From an uncultured Acidobacteriaceae bacterium (GTDB lineage Bacteria; Acidobacteriota; Terriglobia; Terriglobales; Acidobacteriaceae): DNA of 64,000 nucleotides. The DNA lies in the NCBI GenBank assembly GCA_963720075.1, contig CAVREG010000016.1, forward strand, positions 539,471 through 603,470, read 5' to 3'. The notes under the pieces are model-generated. The model was not told the origin of the DNA, did not search any database, and saw only the letters and a list, made by a program, of their open reading frames with translations. Below, piece by piece: positions 31,392-40,408 of the stretch. Numbering within the stretch: position 1 is the first letter of the stretch; every line of letters starts with the position of its first letter. Both the position numbers and the translations under genes were made by a program.

Positions 31392-32114
31392 TCAGGATGG
31401 CGCTCCAGGCACGATCTCCGTCGCCTTGCCGTTGATGTAAGTTATCTTCACCGGTTTCCCACCGTTCGCGTAATCCAGCGTCTTCTGGTTTTCATCGCTG
31501 TCGCCTTCTGGAACTCCCAAACCAATGGCAAAATCCGCTTGCAATTCACTCATTCCCGGCTTCACCGCATGTTTGTCAATGGAATCCCAAATGTCAGCGG
31601 GCCAATGGGTGTAGAGCGTGTGTGGGTCCTCGACGAACAACATCTCATTGACGTAAAAACGGTAGTCGTCTCCCTGGACGGCACCAACGGGAAACGCATA
31701 GGCGTTGCCACCTTTGTCGAACACGGCCATCACCTGTCGCCCGGATGATTTTGGAGCGGTTGCCAGGATTACGTCTTTAATTTCGAGCCGCTCTAATGGA
31801 AGAAGCAATCCGGCCTCATGGGAAAAATCGGCATGGCGCCGCGCGGCATTGTACGGATAATACGTCACGCTATATCCGACTTTTACCCAGACTGGTTGCT
31901 GGGTGATTTGTTGACGTGCAGTCTTCAAGTCGTACATGTAAAGCTTCTTCGGGGTGACGTAGTAATCGGGATTAAGCGGCGGAGGCGCTGGCGTGTTCGC
32001 GGCCCGTAGATTATCCTCGTGGCGCTGATAAAAGATGTAGCCCACGCGGCCGCCCACGGCCAGAACGGTGATCAGCAACATGATTTGAATTCTTTTTCCC
32101 ATCCTCATTTCCAT
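31392..32114 (-). CDS. Membrane-anchored hypothetical protein
   Basis: N-terminal TM (IQIMLLITVLAVGGRVGYIF) followed by a ~200-aa soluble domain. No family recognised. Confidence 0.55.
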   Translation of the reverse strand: MEMRMGKRIQIMLLITVLAVGGRVGYIFYQRHEDNLRAANTPAPPPLNPDYYVTPKKLYMYDLKTARQQITQQPVWVKVGYSVTYYPYNAARRHADFSHEAGLLLPLERLEIKDVILATAPKSSGRQVMAVFDKGGNAYAFPVGAVQGDDYRFYVNEMLFVEDPHTLYTHWPADIWDSIDKHAVKPGMSELQADFAIGLGVPEGDSDENQKTLDYANGGKPVKITYINGKATEIVPGAPS

Positions 32115-32178
32115 CGGTCCGATCTAAATGACGGGGCAGCCTTAAACGCAACTAGGATAAAATCAAGAGTGTAAACCT

Positions 32179-32508
32179 ATGGCAATCACACAAGACGAAG
32201 TATTGAACGCGTTGAAACAGTGTTACGACCCGGAGATCCCCGTCAACATCGTTGACTTGGGCCTGATCTATGAAATTCGCTTCGATGCGGTTCCCGGGGA
32301 CATTCCCGAAGCTCAACAAGATGTCACGGTGGACATGACACTCACCGCCCAAGGATGCCCGGAACACGTCAACATAAGCGCGCAGGTAAAAGCGCGCATT
32401 GAGCAGCTCCCAGGCGTGCGCGATGTCACAGTGAACGTAATCTGGTCCCCGCCATGGAGCCCTGAGAGATTAAGCCCCGACGCGAGAAAGCAGCTTGGGA
32501 TCGAGTGA
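32179..32508 (+). CDS. DUF59/MIP18-family Fe-S cluster assembly protein
   Basis: ITQDEVLNALKQCYDPEIPVNIVDLGLIYEI is the canonical DUF59 motif. Confidence 0.85.
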   Translation: MAITQDEVLNALKQCYDPEIPVNIVDLGLIYEIRFDAVPGDIPEAQQDVTVDMTLTAQGCPEHVNISAQVKARIEQLPGVRDVTVNVIWSPPWSPERLSPDARKQLGIE

Positions 32509-32518
32509 TCTCCGATGG

Positions 32519-32800
32519 TTACCGGCTCAGCAACGCCTCGTACCAGTCCGATCCGCGGCTCTCTGCGACGTGCGCCAGACGCTCTCCAACCCTGGTGACC
32601 ACATCCAGATAGGTTGTGCCGCGTTCAATGTAGTCCGGCAGATTCTCGCGCAACTCTGCAAACTTCTCGGGATATTCCGAGGCCAGCGTCGCTAGTCCAA
32701 CCCCGGCGAGGATTAAGCCCGCGGACTTGTTCCCTTTTACAAACATAATGGCCGCCGCGCCTGCGGATCCGGCCAGAAGTGCTCGCTTCCAGTATTCCAT
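32519..32800 (-). CDS. Small hypothetical membrane-associated protein
   Basis: The ATG at 32800 is preceded by ggagg. Sequence MEYWKRALLAGSAGAAAIMFV...GLILAGVGLATLA has two hydrophobic segments. Confidence 0.45.
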   Translation of the reverse strand: MEYWKRALLAGSAGAAAIMFVKGNKSAGLILAGVGLATLASEYPEKFAELRENLPDYIERGTTYLDVVTRVGERLAHVAESRGSDWYEALLSR

Positions 32801-32950
32801 GGTTCCTCCGAATTTATGTTCCCTTCGAATTGCGTCCATCGGAAGCAATCGCTCCCAAATGAGTGGACGAACCTTTGATGCAGAAATCCTGACCCCAGGT
32901 CGGCGCCACTCTTCCCAAAACACGTGCTTCTGGCCGGAAGTCTGGACTTG

Positions 32951-33328
32951 CTAAGCCTGCGGATCTCTCAGGACCGCTTGTTGCTCACGACTCTCTTCGT
33001 CGGCAACCACAATCTGCTTCGACTTGCGATAGACGCTTGCTACCGCAATCGTCCAGCAAGGCACTAAAGCGACTCCGGGCAGCAGCTTGGCAAAAAACGA
33101 CGGAAGAAACTCCCAGTGCCAGCCAAGCAGATGAATCATCATGACCCCAATGCCCAAATCGAGCACGTCATCGGCAGGCGATAAACCTCCTTCTACAAAT
33201 AAAGGAAAAATGACGATCTGAAGAGCATCCGCAATAACGGCAAGAATCATCGCGGCCCAGAACCGCGAGCCCGGTGAGATTGTGATGGCGTCGTGAGTCG
33301 TAGGAAGGCTGGTCATACTGAATGTCAT
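32951..33328 (-). CDS. Small integral membrane protein, unknown function
   Basis: Three or four TM helices (FWAAMILAVIADALQIVIFPLF, LGIGVMMIHLLGW, LPGVALVPCWTIAVASV). Confidence 0.5.
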   Translation of the reverse strand: MTFSMTSLPTTHDAITISPGSRFWAAMILAVIADALQIVIFPLFVEGGLSPADDVLDLGIGVMMIHLLGWHWEFLPSFFAKLLPGVALVPCWTIAVASVYRKSKQIVVADEESREQQAVLRDPQA

Positions 33329-33396
33329 TTTAAACCGCAGCTCCCAGCAAGAATGCAAAAATGCTCTTTTTGGACTCGCGCCGCTCGATTAGATGC

Positions 33397-33483
33397 TGGT
33401 GCCGGGACGGGGAGTTGAACCCCGAAGGGCCGAAGCCCGGCGGATTTTGAGTCCGCTGCGTCTGCCAGTTCCGCCATCCCGGC
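33397..33483 (-). tRNA. tRNA-Leu (anticodon CAA), CCA encoded
   Basis: The reverse complement folds as a class-II cloverleaf. Acceptor GCCGGGA/TCCCGGC; anticodon stem GCGGA/TCCGC with loop CTCAAAA; long variable arm GGGC-TTCG-GCCC; T arm CGGGG-TTCAACT-CCCCG; 3' ACCA. Confidence 0.93.
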
Positions 33484-33576
33484 TAAGGTTGGAGGATGCG
33501 GGAAATCAAGCTTAGTTGATCGTTTTAGGGTTTGCAACATTCGCTCTTTAGAACGCGACGGCCGCATAGTAGATCG

Positions 33577-34320
33577 TTAGCGGAATCTTCTGATGAGAAG
33601 GGTGTGCCGGTCGGAACGGTATAAGCCCAGAACATACATGGTTGCTTTCGCCTTGGTGGAATAGATCAGCTGACGAATTCGCAACAGCGGCAGCGAGCGC
33701 GGGATATTCAAAAGACTGGACGTCTTGGAATCTGCTGCGGTCGCGTCCACTTCTTCGTCTGCATAGGAAAGCTGCACGCCGTAATCGTGCTGCAAGATCG
33801 AAAATAATGAACCGCTGACTAATGCGCTGCGGTTGAGGCCGGGAACGTCGGCCGCCGACAAATAACAAGTTTCCAGTGCAAAAGGTTCATCGGCCCCCAT
33901 CCGAAGCCGTTCTATTTTAATCACCTTAGCACCCGCAGCTAGAGCCAGCCGTGCATTGACATCGGGTTCGTCATTCACCGTGCCAAAGGAAAGAACTTTG
34001 GAAAAAGACGCCAGACTTCGTCCGGTCATTAGCTCGGTAAAGCTGGTGAGCTTGTTGAAGTGGATCATGGGGGGAGCCACAAAGGTTCCTGCCCCACGGC
34101 GACGTTGTACGCGTCCTTCCCGCTCCAATGCCACAAGCGCGTGGCGGGCTGTCATCAGGCTGACGGTATGGATTTTGGCCAATTCGCGTTCGGACTCCAC
34201 GGCGTCGCCAGGTTTCAACTCGCCGGTTTCTATACGATTGAGGATCGCAGTCTGAATCCTCTTGTAGGCGGGCGTTCCGCCCTGGCCATTTCCTGACGTG
34301 GCGATCACTGTCATGAACAC
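33577..34320 (-). CDS. GntR-family (HutC/UTRA subfamily) transcriptional regulator
   Basis: Winged HTH (ESERELAKIHTVSLMTARHALVALEREGRVQRRRGAGTFV) plus a UTRA-like effector domain. Confidence 0.85.
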   Translation of the reverse strand: MFMTVIATSGNGQGGTPAYKRIQTAILNRIETGELKPGDAVESERELAKIHTVSLMTARHALVALEREGRVQRRRGAGTFVAPPMIHFNKLTSFTELMTGRSLASFSKVLSFGTVNDEPDVNARLALAAGAKVIKIERLRMGADEPFALETCYLSAADVPGLNRSALVSGSLFSILQHDYGVQLSYADEEVDATAADSKTSSLLNIPRSLPLLRIRQLIYSTKAKATMYVLGLYRSDRHTLLIRRFR

Positions 34321-34416
34321 TCCGTGAGTTTGGTTTCAAATACAGAATTCAGTAGCTGCAAACTTACACACCTGGCTCTGCTGACGCGATTGACTAAAGC
34401 CATTCCTGTCAATATA

Positions 34417-34426
34417 GCTATAGAGC
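34417..34426. promoter_or_regulatory. Candidate operator box 1 (GCTATAGAGC)
   Basis: Exact 10-mer gctatagagc followed by agataac. It contains the palindromic core CTATAG. Confidence 0.45.
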
Positions 34427-34462
34427 AGATAACGCTTTCTCTCCGAAACACCCTCATGTTTT

Positions 34463-34472
34463 GCTATAGAGC
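34463..34472. promoter_or_regulatory. Candidate operator box 2 (GCTATAGAGC)
   Basis: Exact repeat of the same 10-mer followed by gtataac, 46 bp from box 1. Confidence 0.45.
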
Positions 34473-34658
34473 GTATAACTTCCTTTTATACGGACCCTAA
34501 ATTACATTCTCAGGGCTTATTTGTAAAGCCCTCATGTCTAGAAATGCCACAATTGGCAATATTGCAGTGAAAATCTGTAGTTTCTCCGAGCATCGCGGCC
34601 TTCGACTCTGTTTCCAAGTCCCCCATAAAATTTGATTGATGTCGAGATTTCCACAGGA

Positions 34659-34668
34659 GCTATAGAGC
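34659..34668. promoter_or_regulatory. Candidate operator box 3 (GCTATAGAGC)
   Basis: Third exact copy, followed by gataagg, ~130 bp upstream of the TonB-receptor start. Confidence 0.45.
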
Positions 34669-34705
34669 GATAAGGTCAATATTTCAGAAATCCTGCGTTT
34701 TTTAC

Positions 34706-34733
34706 TTGACGACTATCTCTGGTCTCCTATATA
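34706..34733 (+). promoter_or_regulatory. Sigma70-like promoter for the TonB-dependent receptor
   Basis: TTGACG (34706-34711), a 16-nt spacer, then TATATA (34728-34733). The -10 overlaps a degenerate box, cctatatagc. Confidence 0.45.
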
Positions 34734-34797
34734 GCATTGCACTAATGTTTTTCCTAGTTAATTTTGCACGCTGATGGTTTCAGGTTCAGGAGGATGT

Positions 34798-37700
34798 ATG
34801 CGACGCTCAATAAAGATTGCAGTTCTGCTCTTCGCACTGGCGGGCTTGTTTGCGGCTATGCAGACTTCTTGGAGTCAAGAAGTGACTGCTGGAATTACGG
34901 GGACGGTGCTTGATCCTAGTGGCGCGCCCATCAGCGGCGCCGACGTCACCGCAAAGGACACGGATAGAGGAACCACTTTCACTACGCACAGCGATTCCTC
35001 CGGCGTCTTCAATATAACCCGCCTGCCCGTGGGAAAGTATTCGGTGACAGCATCCGCAGCTGGGTTTGACACCGCTGCTTACCCCACGTTCACGCTGGTG
35101 CTGAACCAGATCGCCAATGTGAAATTTGAGATGAAGATCGGCCAACTGGCGCAGGTGGTTGAAGTCAGCGGCGCGGCGCCCATTCTACAAACTCAGACCA
35201 CTGACGTGAGCACTCTGATTGACGCGAACACGAACGTGAGTCTGCCGCTAGCGTCGCGCAACTATCTTCAGTTGACGCTGCTGGCGCCGGGCGCGACCAA
35301 CGTTGACCCCGACAGTATGCGGTCGCCGATGAGTATGCCCAACTCGGGACGGCCATACATCAATGGAAATCGCGAGCAGGCCAACGAGTACCTTATTGAT
35401 GGTGTGTTGAACAGTGAAGACAAGAACGACGAAGTTGGCTACACACCCAGCGTGGACGCAATTCAGGAATTCAACTTAATCACCCAGAACGCGTCTGCCG
35501 AGTTTGGAAACTACGAAGGCGGAGTGGTCAGCGCGACCATTAAATCGGGTACAAATAGTTTTCACGGCGACCTTTTCGAATTTTTCCGCAACGACGCACT
35601 TGATGCCAATCTCGCGTCGGCCGGATGGTACCAGGGTGTGAAGAACGGCCAGTCCACTTTTAACTCAGCGGGTGTCCAGAACAAACCCGAACTCCGCTAC
35701 AACCAGTTTGGCGGCACGATTGGCGGGCCAATTATTAAGAATAAGCTGTTCTTCTTCGCCGATTATCAGGGGCAGCGTCTGGTAAACGCCGGCTCAACTG
35801 GGGCGCAGGTCCTCACTCAACAGGCGCGCAGCGGCGATTTTGGACAACTCTGCACCAATTTCGGCGGCACATTCAACGGTTCCGGAATCTGCAGCGGTGG
35901 AACCGGAATAACCCTCGTGAACCCGAATACGTCGGCTCCTATCCCATTCAATAATCTCGCCAATGCTGGCTTGGCTCCAAGTCCAGTCGCAACGGCTTTG
36001 TTCGGAATGACGAAGTATTATCCGCTTCCGCAAACTAACACCCTTAACGGAAACAATTATTTCTATAACAGTGGAAACGATCTGAACAATAACCAAGGCG
36101 ACCTTAAGATTGACTACGACCCCACTCAGAGTGATCGTATCTTTGCCCGCTGGTCCCAGATGGACCTTACGCAGCCTACCTTCACCGGTTGTGTGTTCTG
36201 CAACAGCGGAGCGGTCGAAGGTAGCGACGAACCTGTCAGGAACGCCGTGCTTGACTGGTCGCACGTAATTAGCCCGCAGTTGTTAAACGAAGTTCGGTTT
36301 GGCTTCAACGCGGTCCACTTCAACCAGAGCCTGACGCCGACCTCTTCACTTGGGAATATCAGTCAACAATTGGGAATTGCCGGTGGTAACTTCCAAGCCC
36401 CTGGACTCGTGCAGATCAACATCGCTGGCAGCGGGACTGGGGCCGCCGCGGGTTTGGGACTTCAAAACCTGATCCAGATTTTCCACTCCACTCAGGGCCA
36501 GCTTGAAGATAACCTGATCCTCACACGAGGCCGTCAGCAAATCAAAGTTGGATTCCAGTACGCTCGCGAACGTCAGGATTACATTTACCAGGGAAATAAT
36601 GGAGCGTTAGGCCTTCTGAATATTTCTGCGTTAACTGGCTCCGCGCTGTCCGATTTCTACTTGGGAGACGTTGTAAGTTCAACCTCGCTCAGAGATACCG
36701 GGGGCGTGGTCAGCTCCCCAGCGCAACTGCGCGGAAATGTTTACGGCGCCTATATTCAGGATGACTGGCGTTTAACCAACACTCTTACCGTGAATCTCGG
36801 CATGCGTTTTGAAGACCACACCCCGCTTTACGAATTAAACAACCGGGCGGTGAACTTCGGCCTCTACACCGGCACGATCTATACCGCGACCGGTGTTGAC
36901 GGCACCGCAAAATTTGGCAACCAGGCTCTCTACAACAATTATTTGGGCATAGGCGATTACATGCCGCGCGTTGGCTTTGCATGGTCTCCCGCGGCTTTGA
37001 ATGGCAAGACCGTAATTCGAGGCGGCTTTGGAATTTCGCAGTTCGCAGAAGGGGGAGGTAGCAACGAAGAGCTTACCCTGAACACTCCCTTCGGCATTCT
37101 TCAGCAAGCCGCGGGTGCAACTCTCTCCGACGGATTCGGCGCTACCCAACCTCCTTCCTGCACCACCATTAGCCAGAGTTGCTACAACGGGCAGCGTATC
37201 CGCATCTTCGATCAAAACTTCAAACCCGCAATGAACGACCAATGGAACTTGACCCTTCAGCACCAGTTCAGCAACTCATTGACGGCGCAGGTTGGCTATG
37301 TAGGCCAGCGCGGCTCGCACTTGTTGAACTTCGAGGATGTCGCTCAATCCGTTCCATTAAATGCTCAAGGGCAGATCGCGGGAGCCGGGCAACTGATCGT
37401 GAATCGGGTGCCGGGACCATTTCTTGGAGGCGGGACTCCCGGATCTTTATATCTGGCCGACAATCCCCAGTTCAACGCTCCGGGCTGTGGGACTGGCGGC
37501 AATCCGGCTTGTTTTGGGTCCGCAGCCCTCGCCGGAACAAACATGTCCAATGCAGATCAGAAGTACAACGCTCTTCAGGCGGTATTGCAAAAGCGCATGA
37601 GCAATGGACTGGAAGGTCAGATCGCCTATACCTGGTCGAAATGTCTTAGCAATTCGCCGGGATACTTCGGAACCGGCTGGGGAAGCCTACAGGCCACCAG

Positions 37701-38406
37701 TTCGGGTGGGCAGCCTGGATTCGAAAACATCTACGACCCGCATTTGAATTGGGGACCGTGTTACTTCGACCAGAGGCAGATTCTCAGCAGCTTCGTGACC
37801 TACCAACTACCGGTTGGACACGGTAAGCAGTTTGGCCACGACATGAATTCTGTACTCAATGCTGTAGTAGGAAATTGGGAACTCGGTGGAATTGTCACTC
37901 TCCATAGCGGCAACCAATTAACCCTCAATGAATTTGGAGGATGGGGCATCGGCGGGAACGCAGATAACACAAACGGAATTGGGCCACAGACTCTCTCCGA
38001 GTTGCCTGATTGCAACGGTCCAATCAGACTGTTGAAACAGCATGTCAATGCTACCGGCACCACGGCGGCATATATACAGTGGTTTGATCCAACTAACATC
38101 AGCAACCCGGCCCCGAATACATTTGGAACCTGTTCGCCGGGCAACATACGTGGTCCGGGATACGCCAATGTGGATTTGAGCCTGCACAAAGACATACCTT
38201 TCACCGAAACCAAGAGGCTTGAGTTCCGGATTGAAGCACTGAATGCTTTCAATCATCCGGTCTGGACCTTCAGCGGCGGTCCGGCGAATGGATCGTTCGA
38301 TCCGTCGCCGCCTCCAGGTGGAGGACCCCCAAATGCCAATTTCGGCGCCATCACAGGGTCGCAGGGCGCACGCGAACTGCAATTTGGATTGAAATTTTAC
38401 TTCTAG
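34798..38406 (+). CDS. TonB-dependent receptor with N-terminal carboxypeptidase-regulatory-like domain
   Basis: Signal peptide; CarboxypepD_reg-like domain (ITGTVLDPSGAPISGADVTAKDTDRGTTFTTHSDSSGVFNITRLPVGKYSV); plug region (NYLQLTLLAPGA...GRPYINGNREQANEYLIDGV); C-terminal ARELQFGLKFYF. The ATG at 34798 follows aggagga. Confidence 0.88.
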   Translation: MRRSIKIAVLLFALAGLFAAMQTSWSQEVTAGITGTVLDPSGAPISGADVTAKDTDRGTTFTTHSDSSGVFNITRLPVGKYSVTASAAGFDTAAYPTFTLVLNQIANVKFEMKIGQLAQVVEVSGAAPILQTQTTDVSTLIDANTNVSLPLASRNYLQLTLLAPGATNVDPDSMRSPMSMPNSGRPYINGNREQANEYLIDGVLNSEDKNDEVGYTPSVDAIQEFNLITQNASAEFGNYEGGVVSATIKSGTNSFHGDLFEFFRNDALDANLASAGWYQGVKNGQSTFNSAGVQNKPELRYNQFGGTIGGPIIKNKLFFFADYQGQRLVNAGSTGAQVLTQQARSGDFGQLCTNFGGTFNGSGICSGGTGITLVNPNTSAPIPFNNLANAGLAPSPVATALFGMTKYYPLPQTNTLNGNNYFYNSGNDLNNNQGDLKIDYDPTQSDRIFARWSQMDLTQPTFTGCVFCNSGAVEGSDEPVRNAVLDWSHVISPQLLNEVRFGFNAVHFNQSLTPTSSLGNISQQLGIAGGNFQAPGLVQINIAGSGTGAAAGLGLQNLIQIFHSTQGQLEDNLILTRGRQQIKVGFQYARERQDYIYQGNNGALGLLNISALTGSALSDFYLGDVVSSTSLRDTGGVVSSPAQLRGNVYGAYIQDDWRLTNTLTVNLGMRFEDHTPLYELNNRAVNFGLYTGTIYTATGVDGTAKFGNQALYNNYLGIGDYMPRVGFAWSPAALNGKTVIRGGFGISQFAEGGGSNEELTLNTPFGILQQAAGATLSDGFGATQPPSCTTISQSCYNGQRIRIFDQNFKPAMNDQWNLTLQHQFSNSLTAQVGYVGQRGSHLLNFEDVAQSVPLNAQGQIAGAGQLIVNRVPGPFLGGGTPGSLYLADNPQFNAPGCGTGGNPACFGSAALAGTNMSNADQKYNALQAVLQKRMSNGLEGQIAYTWSKCLSNSPGYFGTGWGSLQATSSGGQPGFENIYDPHLNWGPCYFDQRQILSSFVTYQLPVGHGKQFGHDMNSVLNAVVGNWELGGIVTLHSGNQLTLNEFGGWGIGGNADNTNGIGPQTLSELPDCNGPIRLLKQHVNATGTTAAYIQWFDPTNISNPAPNTFGTCSPGNIRGPGYANVDLSLHKDIPFTETKRLEFRIEALNAFNHPVWTFSGGPANGSFDPSPPPGGGPPNANFGAITGSQGARELQFGLKFYF

Positions 38407-38424
38407 CAGGTGGCATTAAGCCGG

Positions 38425-38452
38425 ATGGCAGGCGTTCAAACACGCCTGCCAT
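38425..38452 (+). terminator. Hairpin downstream of the TonB receptor
   Basis: 11-bp stem atggcaggcgt/acgcctgccat with loop tcaaac. No clear T-run. Confidence 0.4.
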
Positions 38453-38568
38453 TCGGGGCGCTCCCTGGCCAACTTTGTAAACGCGTTTTAGGTGGCGGCC
38501 GCTGACATCCTTCAATGGGCGCCCGATAAATCGCCTCAACAGCCGTCCATTCGAAAGGAGACTAAGAC

Positions 38569-39078
38569 ATGAGATATCACCTGTCGGTGTTGTCAATCAT
38601 TGCCTGCATCTTGGCGCTTGCCCAAACCCCGGCAGAGGCACAGGCTGTAGGCTCGATCTACTTCTCTCCGGGCTCGGTAGGTCTGTATGTAGTTGAGGGC
38701 CCGCATGGGCCTCCGTTTTACGGGTATGCACAATATGTAACGCTAAATAGCACTAGTGGCTACAACATATCGTTTGCCAAAAGTGTTTTCCTAACCAATG
38801 TCTGGCACGGTACCTATGCCTCTGACCTCCAAGTTGTCCTTAACGGCACCGTATACCTAAATGAGGAGACCGGGCCTTCCCCGATTGTGCTGACTGCAAA
38901 TTGCCCGATTAGCCCCGCAACGCTGCCGCCGGGAGGGAGTTGTCAGGCGATCGCGGACTTCGCTGGCAGTGAACTTGGCATCTGGCAGGGCTCCGTTACA
39001 GTGAATGGAACCACGGTGGCCTTACCGCCGTCGCCGCTCTCCGCCGTGGAGAACATTAGCGCCGACGTCTTCCAATGA
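38569..39078 (+). CDS. Secreted/lipoprotein-like beta-rich hypothetical protein
   Basis: SD aaaggag then ATG. The signal sequence MRYHLSVLSIIACILALAQTPAEAQA offers either a lipobox-like IIAC or an AQA cleavage site. No family recognised. Confidence 0.6.
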   Translation: MRYHLSVLSIIACILALAQTPAEAQAVGSIYFSPGSVGLYVVEGPHGPPFYGYAQYVTLNSTSGYNISFAKSVFLTNVWHGTYASDLQVVLNGTVYLNEETGPSPIVLTANCPISPATLPPGGSCQAIADFAGSELGIWQGSVTVNGTTVALPPSPLSAVENISADVFQ

Positions 39079-39097
39079 ATACGAGTTAAGAATATTT

Positions 39098-39131
39098 AAA
39101 TGGCAGGCGGCCGAATCGCCTGCCATTTTTT
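39098..39131 (+). terminator. Rho-independent terminator
   Basis: 12-bp stem aaatggcaggcg/cgcctgccattt with loop gccgaat, followed by a T-run. Confidence 0.7.
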
Positions 39132-39225
39132 ATTTGATTAGCAGCTTACGAGAGGGAATCGATTGTCGCTGGCGAATGAACGGCACGTCGAAGGTTCACG
39201 ATTCTTTCCGGCTTATAATTGTCAG

Positions 39226-40233
39226 ATGATCAAAGCTTTAATTGCCGCGTTCATTCTTCCATTTGCTCTCGGCGCGGCAATTCATTCTTGCGCACAAGTA
39301 TCAAGGAAAGCGCCCCCGGGCGCCAACCTTGATTCCAGCGACAAAGCAGCGACTCTGGCGGAGGCAGGCCACTGCGCGGAGGCTTTGCCGCTGTTAAAGA
39401 AATCCATTCGTCAGACAGCCGAACGAGACACGCAGAAGAGACTTGGACTGGATGGCTTGCATTGCGCCATGACTCACGGCGCGCCTTATGACTCGCTCGA
39501 GTTTCTCGACATTCTTGTCCAGAAATTTCCGCACGATCCTGAAGTGCTCTATGCCGCCACCCACGCCTTTTCCGATTTGTCGCTACGAACTTCTCAAGAT
39601 TTGATCCAGGATGCTCCCTTCTCCTATCAGATCCACGAATTGAAAGCTGAAGCATGGGAAGCGCAAGGAAATTGGCAGCAGGCAGCGGCTGAGTATCAGA
39701 AAATCCTGGACATCAATCCGCAACTGCCAGGTGTTCATGCCCGTCTCGGCCGCGCTCTGCTTTCAATGCCACAACCTTCCCCTGCTGTGATTGCGGAAGT
39801 AAAGAAAAATTTTGAGGAGGAACTCGAAATTGATCCCCGGAATGCGAGCGCAGAATACGTTTTGGGCGATCTGGCAAAAGATGATGGCGATTTATCTGCT
39901 GCGATTCGCCATTTCTCGCGCGCCACCAAGCTCGACGCCGGGTTCGCCGACGCGTATCTCGGATTAGGTACTGCACTCGTTTCGAACAAGCAGTTCGTAG
40001 AGGCAATCCCCCCGCTCGAAACCTACGAGCAGCTTGCGCCCGACAGCCCCACGGGGCATTACCAGCTCGCGTTGGCCTACTCTGGGGTTGGTCGCAAAGA
40101 AGATGCCAACCGTGAAGCGAGCCTGCAACGCCAGAGCGCGCAGACACTCGAGCAGACAAAGCGAAGGGTGTCCCAGGGACTGATGCAGCAGAATGGCGAA
40201 CAGGGGACGCAACCGCCGGAGAATCCTAAATAG
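39226..40233 (+). CDS. Secreted TPR-repeat protein
   Basis: Signal peptide MIKALIAAFILPFALGAAIHSCAQ and multiple TPR units (WEAQGNWQQAAAEYQKILDINPQ, AEYVLGDLAKDDGDLSAAIRHFSRATKLD, AYLGLGTALVSNKQFVEAIPPLETYEQLAPD). Confidence 0.75.
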   Translation: MIKALIAAFILPFALGAAIHSCAQVSRKAPPGANLDSSDKAATLAEAGHCAEALPLLKKSIRQTAERDTQKRLGLDGLHCAMTHGAPYDSLEFLDILVQKFPHDPEVLYAATHAFSDLSLRTSQDLIQDAPFSYQIHELKAEAWEAQGNWQQAAAEYQKILDINPQLPGVHARLGRALLSMPQPSPAVIAEVKKNFEEELEIDPRNASAEYVLGDLAKDDGDLSAAIRHFSRATKLDAGFADAYLGLGTALVSNKQFVEAIPPLETYEQLAPDSPTGHYQLALAYSGVGRKEDANREASLQRQSAQTLEQTKRRVSQGLMQQNGEQGTQPPENPK

Positions 40234-40287
40234 GCCGGGTTGCAGAGCTTAGAGCGTTCCCAGTCTATGTTTAAATCTGGAATGCAT

Positions 40288-40315
40288 AGGTCCTGCGCTG
40301 CGCTCAGGATGACAA
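40288..40315. repeat. Solo half-copy of the gtcatcctgagcg...aggacct palindromic repeat family
   Basis: aggtcctgcgctgcgctcaggatgacaa closely resembles the right arm at 46831-46858 (aggtccttcgctacgctcagaatgacaa). Confidence 0.55.
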
Positions 40316-40408
40316 TGACGGCGGAAACTTGGCAGGCTGACGTCCCTGAGCTGTTCACCATAATTTGAACGGAATGTTGCCTCCTGTCGTGCGGATAGGG
40401 ATTCCCAA

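Noticed and set aside
33359-33576. tRNA-Leu as an integration hotspot flanked by an island
   Set aside because: There is no integrase, no direct repeat of the tRNA 3' end, and no obvious compositional break. The neighbours are small membrane proteins and a GntR regulator.
34497-34679. 60-aa minus-strand ORF inside the gntR/TBDR control region
   Set aside because: It lies in AT-rich regulatory DNA carrying the operator boxes. It has no SD and no motifs.
34417-34736. Possibility that the repeated GCTATAGAGC boxes are a mini CRISPR array or MITE
   Set aside because: The repeats are only 10 nt with irregular spacing (46 and 196 bp), and no cas genes are present. The position between a regulator and its probable target fits operators better.
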